Positions 41,220 through 52,123 of a stretch of DNA of 64,000 bases are shown piece by piece (the first letter of the stretch is position 1; the number at the start of each line of letters is the position of its first letter). This DNA comes from Afipia sp. (GTDB lineage: Bacteria > Pseudomonadota > Alphaproteobacteria > Rhizobiales > Xanthobacteraceae), in the NCBI GenBank assembly GCA_050249215.1, contig JBFWQX010000009.1, positions 36,368 through 100,367 of the forward strand, in the 5' to 3' direction. The notes under the pieces were generated by a model. The model was given only the letters and a program-made list of their open reading frames with translations, did no database searches and was not told where the DNA came from. The position numbers were made by a program, and so were the translations under genes.

Positions 41220-41534
41220 ATGATCGTGTCCAGCACCACGTCCCCGGCAGGGGTCGGCCAGACAACGCGACCCGGCGCGGATATCGCCGCGCAGGCCGAG
41301 GCAGTGATCCCCAGCCGCGCGCTGGTTCCGCTGGAAAATCCTCACCGGGCTACTGAGCGCTATTCGTCCCGGCCGAGCGCACCGTTCGTGGCGCATCTGA
41401 TCGCGATGGCGGAGCAGGCTCCGCAGACGCGGCCGCTGCGGCGGGATACACCCGCGATCGCCCATGACGTCTATGGCCGCGCCACGGCGAAGGGCGTCCC
41501 GTCATTCGGCAAAGTGGTGTCGCAGAGCGTGTAA
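41220..41534 (+). CDS. hypothetical protein (104 aa)
   Basis: ATG-initiated ORF MIVSSTTSPAGVGQTTRPG...SAPFVAHLIAMAEQAPQTRPLRRDTPAIAHDVYG. It occupies an otherwise empty gap. No family recognised. Confidence 0.4.
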   Translation: MIVSSTTSPAGVGQTTRPGADIAAQAEAVIPSRALVPLENPHRATERYSSRPSAPFVAHLIAMAEQAPQTRPLRRDTPAIAHDVYGRATAKGVPSFGKVVSQSV

Positions 41535-41539
41535 GCGGC

Positions 41540-42232
41540 TCAGGGCTTCGGCTGCGGCCCGGCCGCGTTATCGGGCGTGTGATCCGACACAAGATCGTTG
41601 ACGGTCCAGTCGGAGAGCTTTCGCTCCGGCGCAGGCGTCATGCTGTCGGACGAACGAACCACCGCAAGCGTCGGAACCGGCTTCGGCGCGATCTCGGGCG
41701 CTGACTGCGGCGGGGGAAAGACCGGCTCGACCGGCTTCACATCCTGCGGCATGTGATCGAACACCGGCTCGGCCAGCGCGGGATTGACCGGCGCGGTCGT
41801 CCCCGGAGCCGGGGCGGCCGGCGCGGGAGCGGGCACAGGCTCGGCATCGGCCTGCGCACGGCGGTGACGGTTGCGGAATCCGATCGAGACGCCGGCCAGA
41901 AACTCCACCGCCATCAGCACGGCCAGCAGGAAGAACGTCGATGTGCCGAATTGCGGCAGCAGCAGGAATTCAGCGACCGCCGCGCCCGAGGCCAGCAGCG
42001 ACAACAGATGATCGGTCAGGTAACGCGCGCCGGGACGCGCGGCCTTGATGACCTCGAACATCAACAGCGCAGCCGTCAACGCAAGCAGCGCATCGCCGAA
42101 TGTCGGCGTCCACTGCACACCCGACATCAACGGCACGGTCGTGACCGGCGCGGTGAACGCCACGCCCGGCATCAGAAAGACGAAGATGTTGTAGATCGCG
42201 AACGGAATCAGAAGCAGCGGAAAACCGATCAT
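41540..42232 (-). CDS. hypothetical membrane protein with Pro/Ala-rich C-terminal half
   Basis: 230-aa ORF. The N-terminal ~130 aa form 4 TM helices (MIGFPLLLIPFAIYNIFVFLMPGV...). The C-terminus is P/A-rich. Confidence 0.65.
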   Translation of the reverse strand: MIGFPLLLIPFAIYNIFVFLMPGVAFTAPVTTVPLMSGVQWTPTFGDALLALTAALLMFEVIKAARPGARYLTDHLLSLLASGAAVAEFLLLPQFGTSTFFLLAVLMAVEFLAGVSIGFRNRHRRAQADAEPVPAPAPAAPAPGTTAPVNPALAEPVFDHMPQDVKPVEPVFPPPQSAPEIAPKPVPTLAVVRSSDSMTPAPERKLSDWTVNDLVSDHTPDNAAGPQPKP

Positions 42233-42379
42233 CGTCGGCAGGCTCTCTCTGAGAAGTATCCTGTGATGCGCTCGTCATCACATGCGTCTGTGGCGTTCTT
42301 GTGAAGGCGCGCAACCGCGCGCTTGCCACATCGCGACAACAGCGGCGCTGCCGGACCGGCAGCGCGCTGAAATCAGGAC

Positions 42380-42562
42380 TTAGTCCTTCTTGACCTTGAG
42401 GACCTGGCGGCCCTTGTACATGCCGGTCTTGAGATCGAGGTGATGCGGACGGCGCAGCTCGCCTGAATCCTTGTCCTCGACATAAGTCGGCTTCTTGAGC
42501 GCGTCCGCCGAGCGGCGCATGCCGCGGCGAGACGGCGAGGTTTTCCTGCGTGGAACGGCCAT
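42380..42562 (-). CDS. rpmF: 50S ribosomal protein L32
   Basis: 60-aa ORF beginning [23 protein letters not shown]. Confidence 0.95.
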   Translation of the reverse strand: MAVPRRKTSPSRRGMRRSADALKKPTYVEDKDSGELRRPHHLDLKTGMYKGRQVLKVKKD

Positions 42563-42700
42563 GGGATCGTCGTCCTATAAAAGGCTCACCCGCCGGGCGG
42601 GGGCTCTCCAAAAATCCGGATTGAGGCCGCGCTTATAGAGCAAGGCTGCCGTGAAATCCAGACCGGAAGCAGCGCCAAAATGGGTTAAAATGGCCAAATA

Positions 42701-43375
42701 TCAGCGATTTCGCTCCCAGCAATCGGAGATTTCGGCGGATCGGGCCCGGACCACATAGGTCCCTGCCATGCGCCGCACCCCCGGCCCCGGATTCCGGGCG
42801 CTCCGGGTGACCGGGTTGGGCAGGATCGACGCCAACAACGCCGCTTCGCGAGGCGACAGGGCCGAGGCCGGACGGCCAAAGGCGTAATGCGATCCAGCCT
42901 CCGCACCGAACTGGCCGCCCGGGCCCAGCTCGGCGACATTCAGATAAAGCTCCAGAATGCGCTTTTTCGGCAGCACAAGGTCGATCCACATCGCCAGCGG
43001 AAATTCGAGCGCCTTGCGGATCACGCTGCGGCCCGGCCAGAGGAACAGGTTTTTGGCCACCTGTTGAGTGATGGTCGATCCGCCACGCGCAACTTCGCCA
43101 TCCTGCGCATCCTCGATGATGTCGCGGACCGAATCCCAGTCGATGCCATGATGGAAGCAGAATTTCGCGTCCTCAGCGGCCACCACCGAACGCGGCAACG
43201 CCTCGGACATCTCGTTCAGATCGACCCATGTCCGGGTTACCGGTTCGCCGGTGAGATAGCGCCCGATCATCAACGTGGAGACGGGATGGCCCATGCTGTA
43301 AAGCGGCGTCAGCGCATAGGGCAGCAGCACCAGCCCCAGCACAATCAGCACCACCGCACGGATCAATCGTCGCAT
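42701..43375 (-). CDS. mtgA: monofunctional biosynthetic peptidoglycan transglycosylase
   Basis: 224-aa ORF with a signal anchor and GT51 motifs [31 protein letters not shown] and [12 protein letters not shown]. Confidence 0.92.
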   Translation of the reverse strand: MRRLIRAVVLIVLGLVLLPYALTPLYSMGHPVSTLMIGRYLTGEPVTRTWVDLNEMSEALPRSVVAAEDAKFCFHHGIDWDSVRDIIEDAQDGEVARGGSTITQQVAKNLFLWPGRSVIRKALEFPLAMWIDLVLPKKRILELYLNVAELGPGGQFGAEAGSHYAFGRPASALSPREAALLASILPNPVTRSARNPGPGVRRMAGTYVVRARSAEISDCWERNR

Positions 43376-43536
43376 CGCGCCTCACGCCCCCGAACAGACT
43401 TTCCAGCGGTCCCAAAGAGCAGAAACCATGCCTTGCCGTTTTTTCCAATCCCCGGAAAAGGCAGCCTTTGCGGAATTGACGCGGGCGATGTCATGACCGA
43501 TTGTCCGCCGAAATTTGCGTTGTTTTGGAGCTTTTG

Positions 43537-44463
43537 ATGACCACCGGCACGTCCCCTCAGGATTTCATGAAACGGCTCGACGCCACCGCAGCGGACACCG
43601 AAACGCTGCTGACGCAGCTTCTGTCGGATGTTCCGCTGTCCGGCGAAATTCTGCGGCCGCACCGCTTGATGGAAGCGATGCGCTATTCGAGCCTCAACGG
43701 CGGCAAGCGGCTGCGGCCGTTCCTGGCTGTTGAAAGCGCCGCCGTGTTCGACGTGCCGCGCGGGAGCGCGCTGATGGTCGGCGCCGCGCTCGAATGCATC
43801 CACTGCTATTCGCTGATCCATGACGACCTGCCGTCGATGGACAACAGCGACCTGCGCCGCGGCCGGCCAACCTCGCACAAGAAGTTCGACGACGCGACCG
43901 CGATCCTCGCGGGCGACGGCCTGCTCACGCTCGCATTCGACATCGTCACCCGCGACGAGGTGCATAAGGACCCGACGGTTCGCCTGCTGCTGACCCGTGC
44001 GCTGGCGCGCGCCGCCGGCGTCGGCGGCATGGTCGGCGGACAGATCATGGATCTGGCCGGCGAAGGCCGCTTCGGTGATCCCGAGCCGCCGGATGTCGCC
44101 AAGCTGCAGCAGATGAAAACCGGCGCGCTGCTGAAATACGGCTGCATCGCCGGCGCACTGCTCGGGCAGGCCTCGAAAGAGCATTACGACGCGCTCGATA
44201 CCTATGGTCACGCGCTCGGCGAAGCGTTCCAGATCGCCGACGATCTTCTGGACGTCGAAGGCGATGCTGCCGCGCTCGGCAAACCGGCCGGACAGGACGC
44301 CGCCGCGGGCAAGACCACATTCGTCACACTGCTGGGCATCGACGGCGCCAAGGCGCGCGTGCGCGATCTGCTCAAGCAAGCGGATGCCGCGCTCGCACCG
44401 TTCGGTGCGAAGGGCGACGTTCTGCGCGCCGCCTCACGCTTCGTCGCCGAACGGCAGAATTGA
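43537..44463 (+). CDS. polyprenyl diphosphate synthase (FPP/GGPP synthase family)
   Basis: Start placed at ATG 43537 (MTTGTSPQDFMKRL). The first Asp-rich motif is LIHDDLPSMDNSDLRRG. The second is FQIADDLLD. Confidence 0.9.
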   Translation: MTTGTSPQDFMKRLDATAADTETLLTQLLSDVPLSGEILRPHRLMEAMRYSSLNGGKRLRPFLAVESAAVFDVPRGSALMVGAALECIHCYSLIHDDLPSMDNSDLRRGRPTSHKKFDDATAILAGDGLLTLAFDIVTRDEVHKDPTVRLLLTRALARAAGVGGMVGGQIMDLAGEGRFGDPEPPDVAKLQQMKTGALLKYGCIAGALLGQASKEHYDALDTYGHALGEAFQIADDLLDVEGDAAALGKPAGQDAAAGKTTFVTLLGIDGAKARVRDLLKQADAALAPFGAKGDVLRAASRFVAERQN

Positions 44464-44491
44464 CGAGGCGGCCGAAACATCCGGAAAGCCA

Positions 44492-44812
44492 ATGGCTGGC
44501 AAGAGCGATCTTGATCTCTACCTGCACCGCTTCAAAGCGAAGCCGAAACTGGTTCGCATCGTTCTTGCCCGGCCACGGCTGTTGATCCCCCTCGCCATCG
44601 GCGTCGTTTCCTTTCTGGTCTTGCCGATATCGCACGGCCTGACCACGCGGCTGCTGATCACATGGAGATCGGCATGACCGCGCAGGTGTCGGATGTCGGG
44701 ATCATCGGCCGGATCATCTGCCGGACGGCGGTGGCGCATGGGGTCGCCTTTGTTCATCTTCAACACCGCCCTGCTGGCCCTGATGATCAACATCGCGGCC
44801 AGCGCCATATGA
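44492..44812 (+). pseudogene. decayed DUF1345 membrane-protein gene (internal deletion plus frameshift)
   Basis: ATG 44492 gives MAGKSDLDLYLHRFKAKPKLVRIVLARPRLLIPLAIGVVSFLVLPISHGLTTRLLITW and then stops at 44677. A second frame continues EIGMTAQVSDVGIIGRII. A third frame ends FIFNTALLALMINIAASAI* at 44812. These pieces resemble the N- and C-terminal parts of ~220-aa DUF1345 proteins, with the middle missing. Confidence 0.55.
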
Positions 44813-44819
44813 CCTCATC

Positions 44820-46427
44820 ATGATCGCGACTTTCCTCACTTTCCTTCTCGTGCTCACCGCGCTGGGCATCTGCGCGGTTCTTGCCAAACGGCTTTCGGTT
44901 GCGCCCGCCATCGTCTTCCTGATCGCCGGAATCGTGCTGGCATTCCTGCCGGGATTTCCCCGCATCGAAATGAAGCCTGAAGGCGTGCTGCTGCTGGTGC
45001 TGCCGCCGCTGATCTATTCATCCGGCGTCGCCATGAGCTGGCGCGAGTTCAAGGCCAACCTGCGCCCGATCGGCCTGCTCGCAATCGGCTGCGTGATCTT
45101 TACGACGGTGCTGGTCGCGGCCGCGGCGCACTATGCGCTCGGATTCCCCTGGAGCGTCGGATTCGTGCTGGGCGCAATCGTGTCGCCACCGGACGTCGTC
45201 GCGCCGCTCGCCATCGCGCGGCGCCTGAAACTGCCGCATCGCATTCTGGTGATTCTCGAAGGCGAAGGCCTAGCCAACGACGCGACCGCGCTGATCCTGT
45301 ACCGGTTCGCGGTGCTCGCCGTCTCCACCGGAGCGTTCTCGCTCGCGCCTGCCGCCGAGACCTTTGTTGCGATCATCGCCGGCGAGATCGTGTTCGGCAT
45401 CGCGGTCGGCTGGCTCAGTCTGCGGCTGCGGCAATGGGCACGCGATCCCCGCGTGGAAATTTCGCTGTCGCTGCTCACACCCTATCTCGCCTTCTGGGTG
45501 CCGGAGCATTTCCATGGCTCCGGCGTGATCGCCACCGTCGTCACCGGCCTCTATGTGAGCTGGAACGGCCCGTTGCTGATTTCATCCAAGACACGCCTGC
45601 AGGGCATCTTCTTCTGGGACTTCGTGATCTGGCTGATCGAGGGCGTGCTGTTCCTGATGATCGGTTTCCAGTTGCGGCTGCTGATGGAGAAATCCAGGGC
45701 GCTGCCGATCCCGGAAATCCTCACCGCCATCGCGATCATCTCCGCGATCGTCGTCATCGCGCGCTTTTTATGGGTTTTCCCCGGCACCTACCTCCCGCGC
45801 GTCGTCAGCAAGCGATTTGCGGAGCGCGACGCCAAACCGCCCTGGCAATATATCGTCGTGATCGGCTTCATCGGCATTCGCGGCGTCGTCTCGCTCGCGG
45901 TCGCGCTGGCGTTGCCGCTGACGCTGCCGAACGGGCAGGATTTCCCGCACCGCGACCTGATCCTGCTGATCACCTTCGGTGTCATTGCTTTCACCCTGGT
46001 CGGAATCGGGTTGACGCTTCCGATGCTGGTCAAGGCTCTCGGCTTGCCGGCGCACGGGCCGCGCGAAGCGGTCCATGAACGCGAAGCGGAGATCGCCGCA
46101 CGGCGGGAAATCCTGGAATCCGCGCGCGGCTCGCTCGACAAGATCATCAAGGAACGCGATCTGCCCGAAGGGCTCGCCCGGTTTCTCGAGGCGCGTCACG
46201 AGACGCGCATGCGTGCGCTGCCTGAACCGCCACGGGAGGAGGGCCAGTTCACACCCGCGACGCAAGGCGCCTCGCTGGTCCGCGAAATCATCACAATCGA
46301 GCGGCTCTGCCTGCACCGGCTGTTGCAAGAGGGAAAAATTACCGACGAAACCCGCCGCCGCATCGAACGCGATCTCGATCTGGAAGAAGCCGTGATCGAC
46401 AACCGCGAAAAAAATGGCCCGCTGTGA
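44820..46427 (+). CDS. Na+/H+ antiporter (CPA1, NhaP-type) with cytoplasmic C-terminal domain
   Basis: 535-aa ORF with about 11 TM segments. Contains VSPPDVVAPLAIARRLKLPHRILVILEGEGLANDATALILYRF. Confidence 0.88.
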   Translation: MIATFLTFLLVLTALGICAVLAKRLSVAPAIVFLIAGIVLAFLPGFPRIEMKPEGVLLLVLPPLIYSSGVAMSWREFKANLRPIGLLAIGCVIFTTVLVAAAAHYALGFPWSVGFVLGAIVSPPDVVAPLAIARRLKLPHRILVILEGEGLANDATALILYRFAVLAVSTGAFSLAPAAETFVAIIAGEIVFGIAVGWLSLRLRQWARDPRVEISLSLLTPYLAFWVPEHFHGSGVIATVVTGLYVSWNGPLLISSKTRLQGIFFWDFVIWLIEGVLFLMIGFQLRLLMEKSRALPIPEILTAIAIISAIVVIARFLWVFPGTYLPRVVSKRFAERDAKPPWQYIVVIGFIGIRGVVSLAVALALPLTLPNGQDFPHRDLILLITFGVIAFTLVGIGLTLPMLVKALGLPAHGPREAVHEREAEIAARREILESARGSLDKIIKERDLPEGLARFLEARHETRMRALPEPPREEGQFTPATQGASLVREIITIERLCLHRLLQEGKITDETRRRIERDLDLEEAVIDNREKNGPL

Positions 46428-46460
46428 CAGCGGGCCATTCATCCTGAGATTCTTGCTGAA

Positions 46461-47750
46461 CTATTCCGCCGCCGTCACGGCCGGCGCCTTGGCTCCGGTC
46501 CCGCCATAACGCTGCTCGATATAGTCGATCACCAATGCCTTGAAATCGGCCGCGATGGTGGGGCCGCGCAGGGTGCGGAATTTCTCGCCGTCGACAAACA
46601 CCGGGGCCGCCGGAGTTTCGCCCGTGCCGGGCAGCGAGATGCCGATATCGGCGTGTTTGGATTCACCGGGACCGTTGACGATGCAACCCATCACCGCGAC
46701 GTTGAGTTGCTCGACGCCGGGATAACGCGTCTTCCAGCTCGGCATTTCGTCGTTGATGAACGACTGGATGTCGCGCGCCAGTTCCTGGAACACGGTCGAG
46801 GTGGTGCGGCCGCATCCGGGGCAGGCCGCGACCAGCGGCACGAAGGTGCGGAAGCCCATGGTCTGGAGAATTTCCTGGGCGACCTTCACTTCCAGCGTGC
46901 GGTCACCGCCCGGCTCGGGCGTCAGCGAGACGCGGATGGTGTCGCCGATGCCGTCCTGAAGCAGGATGCCGAGCGCCGCTGATGAAGCGACGATGCCCTT
47001 CGAGCCCATGCCGGCTTCGGTGAGGCCGAGGTGGATGGCGTAATCGGAACGCGCGGCGAGTTCGCGATACACCGCGATCAGGTCCTGCACGTTCGAGACC
47101 TTGGCCGACAGGATCATCTTGTTCTTGGGCAGGCCGATTTCCTCGGCGCGCGCCGCCGACAACAGCGCCGACTGCACCATGGCTTCCCGGGTGACCGCGC
47201 GCGCGTCGATCGGATCGGGCGACTTGGCGTTCTCTTCCATCAGCTTGGTGAGGAGTTCCTGATCAAGCGAACCCCAGTTGGCGCCGATGCGGATCGCCTT
47301 GTTGTTCTTGATGGCGATCTCGACAATATCGGTGAACTGGCTGTCGCGCTTGTTCTTGAAGCCGACATTGCCAGGATTGATGCGGTACTTGGCCAGCGCC
47401 GCGGCGCAATCCGGATATTCGGCGAGCAGCTTGTGGCCGATGTAGTGGAAGTCGCCAATCAGCGGCACGTCCACGCCCATCTTGTCGAGCTTCTCGCGGA
47501 TGTGCGGAACGGCGGCGGCGGCTTCCTCGCGGTCCACCGTGATGCGGACCATTTCGGAGCCCTGACGCGCCAGCGCCGCGACCTGCTTGACGGTGCCGTC
47601 GATGTCCGCCGTGTCGGTGTTGGTCATGGACTGCACCACGATCGGCGCGCCGCCCCCGACCTTGACGTTTCCGACCGTCACCTGAACCGTCCGATGGCGC
47701 CCCTTCGGGCCGGCCTGGATTTCCTTGGTCCGCTCTTTCAGATCGCTCAC
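46461..47750 (-). CDS. ispG: 4-hydroxy-3-methylbut-2-en-1-yl diphosphate synthase (flavodoxin)
   Basis: 429-aa ORF with [32 protein letters not shown] and the Fe-S cysteines CPGCGRT...[10 protein letters not shown]. Confidence 0.95.
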   Translation of the reverse strand: MSDLKERTKEIQAGPKGRHRTVQVTVGNVKVGGGAPIVVQSMTNTDTADIDGTVKQVAALARQGSEMVRITVDREEAAAAVPHIREKLDKMGVDVPLIGDFHYIGHKLLAEYPDCAAALAKYRINPGNVGFKNKRDSQFTDIVEIAIKNNKAIRIGANWGSLDQELLTKLMEENAKSPDPIDARAVTREAMVQSALLSAARAEEIGLPKNKMILSAKVSNVQDLIAVYRELAARSDYAIHLGLTEAGMGSKGIVASSAALGILLQDGIGDTIRVSLTPEPGGDRTLEVKVAQEILQTMGFRTFVPLVAACPGCGRTTSTVFQELARDIQSFINDEMPSWKTRYPGVEQLNVAVMGCIVNGPGESKHADIGISLPGTGETPAAPVFVDGEKFRTLRGPTIAADFKALVIDYIEQRYGGTGAKAPAVTAAE

Positions 47751-47767
47751 GTCAAATCTCTTTGGGC

Positions 47768-48721
47768 TCAGGTGTCGTTTTCGGTGGCTGGAAGCAATGG
47801 GTTCCCCGCCGGTTCGCCGGGGCGGTTTACCAGATATAGGCCCGCCATGACCAGAAGGGCAGCCCCCGCAAAGGCCAATGTCAGGGTGTCATGCATGACG
47901 AAATAGCCGCCAATGACGCCAAACAGGGGCGTCATGAAGGTAAATGACGACAATTTGCTCGCCGAATAGGTTTTCACGAGAAAGACCCAGATCAGGAATG
48001 TGGTCCCAACGATCCAGACCGTCTGGTAGGCCATCAGGCCAATGGCGAGCGGCCCGGGCATGTGGGTGATGCTTTCCCCGGAGATCGCGGCTCCCAGCGC
48101 CAGAATCGGGACCGAGATTGCGACCTGATAGGCCAGCGTCTTCTCGGCGGGCGCGTGCAAAAGCGGGGTCGCTTTCACAACCAGCGTGGTCACGGCCCAC
48201 AGAATGCCGCCGCCCATGACCAGCACGTCCCCGAGAATGACTTTGGCATCCACCGACGGCTGCGGCACGCCGATGGCCAGCGCAACACCCGCGAAGGACA
48301 GCGCAAGGCCGCCCCATTGCAGTCTGCTCAAGGACTCGCCGAGAAACCGCTTGGAGCCGAGTGCCACGACGAACGGTGCGATGTAGAGAAACACCACCGC
48401 GCGCGAGGCGGTGGTGTAGACCAGCCCGCGATAGATCAGGATGAATTCGATACCGAAGAAAACTCCGGCGAGCAGACCTGCCTTCAGCGTGCCGTCACGC
48501 CGGAACAGCGGCACGCCGCGAAACCATGCGACGGCCAGAATGATGATCAATCCGCCCGCCGAGCGGATGGTCGCCTGCAGCATGGGCGGAATATCCGGAA
48601 GCGCGAGCTTGACCGTGATCTGGTTGAAACCCCAGCTCAGGCACAGCATCACCATCAGCGCGACTGCCCTCGTATCGAGGGGACGGCCTGCCGGCGCAAT
48701 CTTCAAACCGTTCGAGGGCAT
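47768..48721 (-). CDS. DMT superfamily (EamA-like) transporter
   Basis: 317-aa polytopic ORF with two EamA repeats ([14 protein letters not shown]...; [13 protein letters not shown]...). Confidence 0.85.
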   Translation of the reverse strand: MPSNGLKIAPAGRPLDTRAVALMVMLCLSWGFNQITVKLALPDIPPMLQATIRSAGGLIIILAVAWFRGVPLFRRDGTLKAGLLAGVFFGIEFILIYRGLVYTTASRAVVFLYIAPFVVALGSKRFLGESLSRLQWGGLALSFAGVALAIGVPQPSVDAKVILGDVLVMGGGILWAVTTLVVKATPLLHAPAEKTLAYQVAISVPILALGAAISGESITHMPGPLAIGLMAYQTVWIVGTTFLIWVFLVKTYSASKLSSFTFMTPLFGVIGGYFVMHDTLTLAFAGAALLVMAGLYLVNRPGEPAGNPLLPATENDT

Positions 48722-48785
48722 AACGCTCCGTGTCCGGCTTGCCGCCGTGTTCTTGTTGGGCCTAGTAATCCGATTGCAGCATTCG

Positions 48786-49277
48786 TCAGGGCGCCCGCTG
48801 GCAATGCGCGCAGACGCCGGTGATTTCCACCACCGACAGTTTTGGCGCGAAGCCCGTTCCGCGTGCCGCCTCGCTGAAACTTTTCGCCAGCGGCGCGGCC
48901 GGAATTTCGCCGACCGATCCGCAAGTCTCGCAAATCAGAAACGCCACCGCCGAGGTCTCGTCGTGATGATGGGCGCAGGCGAGAAATGCGTTGCGGCTCT
49001 CGATACGATGAACCAGCCCGTTGTCCATCAGAAAATCCAGCGCACGATAGACCGTGATCGGCGCCGGGCGCGGCATGGTCTTGGCCAGTTCGTCGATCAC
49101 TTCATAGGCACCGAGCGGCCGATGACTCGACAGCAACGCGCCAAGAACCTGCCGGCGGATCGGCGTGAATTTCTGACCGCGACCAACACAGACCTTCTCG
49201 GCATGTGAAAACGCATCCTCGGCACAGCGTCCGTGGTCATGATCAGGATCGGGAAATGCAGGCTTCGCGGAAGTCAT
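48786..49277 (-). CDS. zur: Fur family transcriptional regulator, Zur-like
   Basis: Contains FTPIRRQVLGALLSSHRPLGAYEVIDELA...TVYRALDFLMDNGLVHRIES...FLICETCGSVGE...CAHC. The start is ambiguous: ATG 49277 (chosen), ATG 49316, or the track's 49361. Confidence 0.78.
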   Translation of the reverse strand: MTSAKPAFPDPDHDHGRCAEDAFSHAEKVCVGRGQKFTPIRRQVLGALLSSHRPLGAYEVIDELAKTMPRPAPITVYRALDFLMDNGLVHRIESRNAFLACAHHHDETSAVAFLICETCGSVGEIPAAPLAKSFSEAARGTGFAPKLSVVEITGVCAHCQRAP

Positions 49278-49414
49278 CGCTTCAATATGTAGTGCGGATG
49301 TGGTGATTCCGCTCATAATTTCATCGGAATAGGACGTCTGAATTTTATCGCATTGCAGCAATTTCTATTGCGACGCATCATAAAAGCCCTAAATGACGTG
49401 TCTACAAGGGGCTG

Positions 49415-50569
49415 ATGGATACCGAAGCAAAGCGTCACATCCGTTCGGAGAGAAAGAAGCTCATGGCGACCGCTCTCAAGACTTATCTCGACACCCTCGC
49501 ACCCTGGAACTTTGGCGGTCTGCGCAAACAAAGCGGAGCCAGGAAGATCAATCTTGCGCTTCAGGGCGGCGGCTCGCATGGCGCGTTCACCTGGGGGGTT
49601 CTCGACCATTTCCTTGCGGACGGCCGTCTGGAAATCACCGGCATTTCCGGCGCATCGGCCGGCGCCATGAACGCCGTGATGGTCGCAGATGGCCTGACCC
49701 GCGGCGGGCCGGAAGAAGCGCGCAAGCGGCTCGCGGAATTCTGGCGCGCCACCAGCACCGGCGGAGAACTGCCGCCGATTCAGCGCGCGATGACCGACCG
49801 GATGATTTCGCTGATGCCATTCGCGGCGACACCGATGCAGAACTGGTTCGAGGCGATGTCGCGTTATTTTTCACCCTATGAACTCAATCCGCTCAACATC
49901 AATCCGTTGAGCCAGCTTGTTGAGCGCCTGGTCGACTTCGATGCCTTGCGCGCCAACACCGAGCTCGCGCTCTACATTTCAGCGACCAATGTCCACACCG
50001 GGCGCTTGCGCGTTTTCGCGAACGAGAAAATCACCGCCGACGTGGTGATGGCCTCGGCAGCGCTGCCGTTCATGTTTCGCGCGGTTGAAATCGACGGCGT
50101 GCCGTACTGGGACGGCGGCTACATGGGCAACCCCGCGATCTTTCCCTTCCTGCACGCGACCGAAGCCGAAGACGTTGTGGTGGTGCAGATCAATCCGGTG
50201 TCGCGCGACACCACGCCGAAAACGTCCGGTGAGATCATCAATCGCCTGAATGAAATCACCTTCAACTCGGCGCTGATTTCCGAATTGCGCACCATGGATT
50301 TCGTCAATCAATTGATCGACGACGGCCGGCTGCCGCGCGGCACCGGTAAGGACCAATATCGCAGGCTGAACATTCACCGCATCGACCTCGGAATCCTCGG
50401 CACCCGTCTTGCCGCCTCCAGCAAGATGAAGACCGATTACGAGTTCTTTGAACTGCTGCACCGGGCCGGCAAACGCGCCGCCAAGAAGTTCCTCGACGCC
50501 CACTTTGACGATATCGGCCATCGCAGCACCATCGACCTCGCCGCCGAATCCGGCGTGGAATGGGCGTGA
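49415..50569 (+). CDS. patatin-like phospholipase family protein
   Basis: 384-aa ORF with the oxyanion motif LALQGGGSHGAFTWG, the nucleophile elbow GISGASAGA and the catalytic Asp region YWDGGYMGNP. An alternative start is ATG 49463. Confidence 0.85.
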   Translation: MDTEAKRHIRSERKKLMATALKTYLDTLAPWNFGGLRKQSGARKINLALQGGGSHGAFTWGVLDHFLADGRLEITGISGASAGAMNAVMVADGLTRGGPEEARKRLAEFWRATSTGGELPPIQRAMTDRMISLMPFAATPMQNWFEAMSRYFSPYELNPLNINPLSQLVERLVDFDALRANTELALYISATNVHTGRLRVFANEKITADVVMASAALPFMFRAVEIDGVPYWDGGYMGNPAIFPFLHATEAEDVVVVQINPVSRDTTPKTSGEIINRLNEITFNSALISELRTMDFVNQLIDDGRLPRGTGKDQYRRLNIHRIDLGILGTRLAASSKMKTDYEFFELLHRAGKRAAKKFLDAHFDDIGHRSTIDLAAESGVEWA

Positions 50570-50665
50570 GCGCGCTGGTGATCGGCTCGACCAAGGCCGC
50601 GCTGCGAAAACAGACGCAAGACGCAGGCCATGCCGCGGTGATGGATTAACAGCGGAAACAAAAAC

Positions 50666-50763
50666 CTCATGGTGAGGAGGCGCTCTCGCGCCGTCTCGAA
50701 CCATGAGGTTCTTTAACGCCCCATCCTTCGAGACGCGACCAATCGGTCGCGCCTCAGGATGAG
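50666..50763. repeat. two REP-like palindromes
   Basis: The two units are ctcatggtgaggaggcgc..gcgccgtctcgaaccatgagg (50666-50708) and ccatccttcgagacgcgacc..ggtcgcgcctcaggatgag (50721-50763). The second belongs to the same family as 19494-19535 and 63930-63975. Confidence 0.75.
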
Positions 50764-50778
50764 GACGACGCGATAAAA

Positions 50779-51993
50779 TCAGTTGACCTTTTCAATCGCC
50801 GCCGCGGCGCCCTGACCGACGCCGACGCACATGGTCGCCAGCGCATACTTGCCTCCGCGCTTCTCAAGGCCATGCACCGCCGTGAGAACGAGGCGGGCGC
50901 CGCTCATGCCGAGCGGATGGCCGAGCGCAATCGCGCCGCCATGCGGATTGACGAAATCGGAATCTTCCTTGACGCCGAGCTGGCGCAGCACTGCAAGGCC
51001 CTGCGAGGCGAACGCTTCATTGAGTTCGATCAGGTCGATGTCGCTGATCTTGAGGCCGAGCTTCTCGAGCAGCTTGCGCACCGCAGGCACCGGGCCCATG
51101 CCCATCACACGCGGCGCGACGCCGGCCGAGGCATGCGCGAGCAGCTTTGCGCGGGGGGTCAGGCCGTGCTTCTTCACCGCCTCTTCGGACGCGAGAATGA
51201 GCGCCGCCGCGCCGTCGTTCACGCCCGACGCGTTGCCGGCGGTCACCGTGCCGTCGGGGCGGGTCACGGGCTTCAGCTTGGCAAGCTGCTCCAGTGTGGT
51301 TTCGGGACGCGGATGTTCGTCCTTGTCGACGGTCACCGGACCCGCCTTGCCGCCCGGAACCGTGACCGGGACGATTTCCTCGGCGAAGTAACCCGCCGCG
51401 ATCGCCTTGCCCGCGCGCTGCTGCGAGCGGATCGCGAAAGCGTCCTGATCCTCACGCGAAATCTGGTAATCGGTGGCGACATTCTCGCCGGTCTCCGGCA
51501 TCGAATCGACGCCGTACATCTTTTTCATCAGCGGATTGACGAAGCGCCAGCCGATCGTGGTGTCATAGGTTTCGACCGCACGCTGATAGGCCTCGTTGGC
51601 CTTGCCGGTGACGAATGGCGCGCGGGTCATGGATTCCACGCCGCCCGCGATGGCGAAGTCGATTTCACCGGCGCGAATCGCCCGGGCGATGCCGCCGACC
51701 GCATCGAGGCCCGACGCGCAGAGACGATTGACCGTCATGCCCGGCACATTCTCGGGAAGCCCGGCGAGCAGCAGCGCCATGCGCGCGACATTGCGGTTGT
51801 CTTCGCCGGCCTGATTGGCGCAGCCATAGGACACTTCGTCCAGCGCACCCCAGTCGGCCTTCGCATTGCGCTCCATCAGCGCCTTGATCGGCGCGGCGGC
51901 AAGATCGTCCGCGCGGACCTTGGCCAGCGATCCGCCGAACCGTCCGATAGGCGTCCGCACCGCATCACAGATGTAAACATCACGCATGGTCAC
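50779..51993 (-). CDS. acetyl-CoA C-acyltransferase (degradative thiolase, PcaF/PaaJ-like)
   Basis: 404-aa ORF with [51 protein letters not shown] and CVGVGQG. Confidence 0.92.
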   Translation of the reverse strand: MTMRDVYICDAVRTPIGRFGGSLAKVRADDLAAAPIKALMERNAKADWGALDEVSYGCANQAGEDNRNVARMALLLAGLPENVPGMTVNRLCASGLDAVGGIARAIRAGEIDFAIAGGVESMTRAPFVTGKANEAYQRAVETYDTTIGWRFVNPLMKKMYGVDSMPETGENVATDYQISREDQDAFAIRSQQRAGKAIAAGYFAEEIVPVTVPGGKAGPVTVDKDEHPRPETTLEQLAKLKPVTRPDGTVTAGNASGVNDGAAALILASEEAVKKHGLTPRAKLLAHASAGVAPRVMGMGPVPAVRKLLEKLGLKISDIDLIELNEAFASQGLAVLRQLGVKEDSDFVNPHGGAIALGHPLGMSGARLVLTAVHGLEKRGGKYALATMCVGVGQGAAAAIEKVN

Positions 51994-52034
51994 TCTCCCT
52001 GAAAATCCTGCGGGCGTTGATGCGTCCGCTTCCG

Positions 52035-52111
52035 GCTAGTGTCCCGGCTCTGACACTCGTATCATATCGTAGCGGTACTTTTACGAATGTCAGTGCCGCA
52101 AGGACACTAGC
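52035..52111. repeat. long imperfect palindrome, TAGTGTCC type
   Basis: gctagtgtcc (52035-52044) pairs perfectly with ggacactagc (52102-52111). An inner ctgaca(c/t)tcg pairing follows an asymmetric internal loop. Confidence 0.7.
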
Positions 52112-52123
52112 AACTCCATAATT

